Positions 62,937-64,000 of a stretch of DNA of 64,000 nucleotides are shown here, piece after piece. The DNA comes from Mustelus asterias (Eukaryota): positions 4,402,001 through 4,466,000 of the forward strand of contig NC_135830.1 of the NCBI RefSeq assembly GCF_964213995.1. The letters run 5' to 3'. Numbering within the stretch: the first letter of the stretch is position 1; every line of letters starts with the position of its first letter. A program made the position numbers and the translations under genes. The notes beneath the pieces were generated by a model. That model made no database searches. It was not told the origin of the DNA and saw only the letters and a list, made by a program, of their open reading frames with translations.

Positions 62937-64000
62937 TGACAGGGGTTGGATTCTGCTGTTATTGCTGTTGTTAATCACATCCAGGACTGAACCATGTTCA
63001 TTCTGACAGTTGGTGAAGTGGGAGGGTCGGAGGGTTTCTTTCTGCTGGACTGGCCGGTCTCACAACTTTGCTTCCAGTGGGCTGATGCTCTTTGAGCCTG
63101 AGAGAGCACATTTCCACTGAAATGATCCACAAAAGCTGATGAAGGATATTTCTTTTTTCCTGGATAATAAATAGTGTTTTTCCACCACTACAGGTAGATC
63201 TAAAATACTACATTTGTCTCCGTTCCATTGAGTCTACAGCACAGGGCCAGGCCAGTCGTGTAACTAAGTCTGCACGCTAGAGTTTAGTGAAACCCAACCA
63301 TTTTCAGTTTAATTCCAGTTACATTCACAGCAATGAAAGGTCAAAATGTTATTTTGTTCTCGCACAGAGATAAGAAGCCATTTAATGTTCAGTATAATCA
63401 CTCACATGTATTCATGAAGGGTTATTACATCAATAGAAATCAGCCAGAAACAGGCGACTGACCAAATAGTGAAGCTCAGTTAAGTTTCAATTGAAGGATA
63501 AGTTATTAATAATCAGCAGTTAATGAGAAGTCACTTTAGGATATTTCTGTATTTCTCCATCAGCTTTTCTTCTGAGGACATGTCAGAGCTGGGAAAGAAA
63601 TGGGATGAGCCTTGGACTCTCTCCCTATCAGGGACACACACACTGCCCTTGACTGTTGAGTCTGTCTGAATGAATGGGATTCCTGTAAAGACATCAAGAT
63701 AACAGACATAGCTGAAAGGAAGGCATTGTCCTAAGTTGAAGACCAGTGATTAACTGGAAGCAATGGAGTTGACTCGATTGACAAATTATAGACCTCTTAG
63801 CCGTTTCCAACCACTTGCCTCAGGTAGGCTCACGACATCTTTTGGGTGTAAAAAGGGGGGTTTCCGGGATCCACCTTTGTGAACATCGAATGTGGGAGAA
63901 GCGGTTTGGATCTTCAGGGATAGTCGAGCTTCCTCCTATCAACGTGAAGGTAGTTTCCAATAAAGCTCAGGGAAGAGGAGATGATCCATCTCGGCCTCCT

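Noticed and set aside
63258-64000. Possible LTR starting TGTAAC that truncates the shared ZNF 3' flank
   Set aside because: The other end is not identifiable within the window, so it cannot be supported.

Overview
Vertebrate genomic DNA, almost certainly an elasmobranch (shark), judged from HE1-type V-SINEs and CR1 LINEs. The window is a cluster of KRAB-less tandem C2H2 zinc-finger (ZNF) genes: five with long intact ORFs (11-12 fingers), four pseudogenes and one orphan 3' UTR. Most are arranged as head-to-head pairs on shared CpG/CCAAT bidirectional promoters. Dense repeats fill the rest: CR1, RTE, Tx1, Penelope with hammerhead ribozyme motifs, a hAT transposon, LTR fragments and SINEs. The most notable signal is a Tx1-clade non-LTR retrotransposon whose 3' end recurs at the same position (within 1 nt) of the non-coding first exon of different ZNF paralogues. 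It occupies 3 of 7 visible sites, with copies of four different lengths. The target-site duplication of the long copy re-creates the splice donor upstream of the element, so that copy should be spliced out. All calls were made by eye, with no database searches. Exon structures and repeat boundaries are inferred and approximate.
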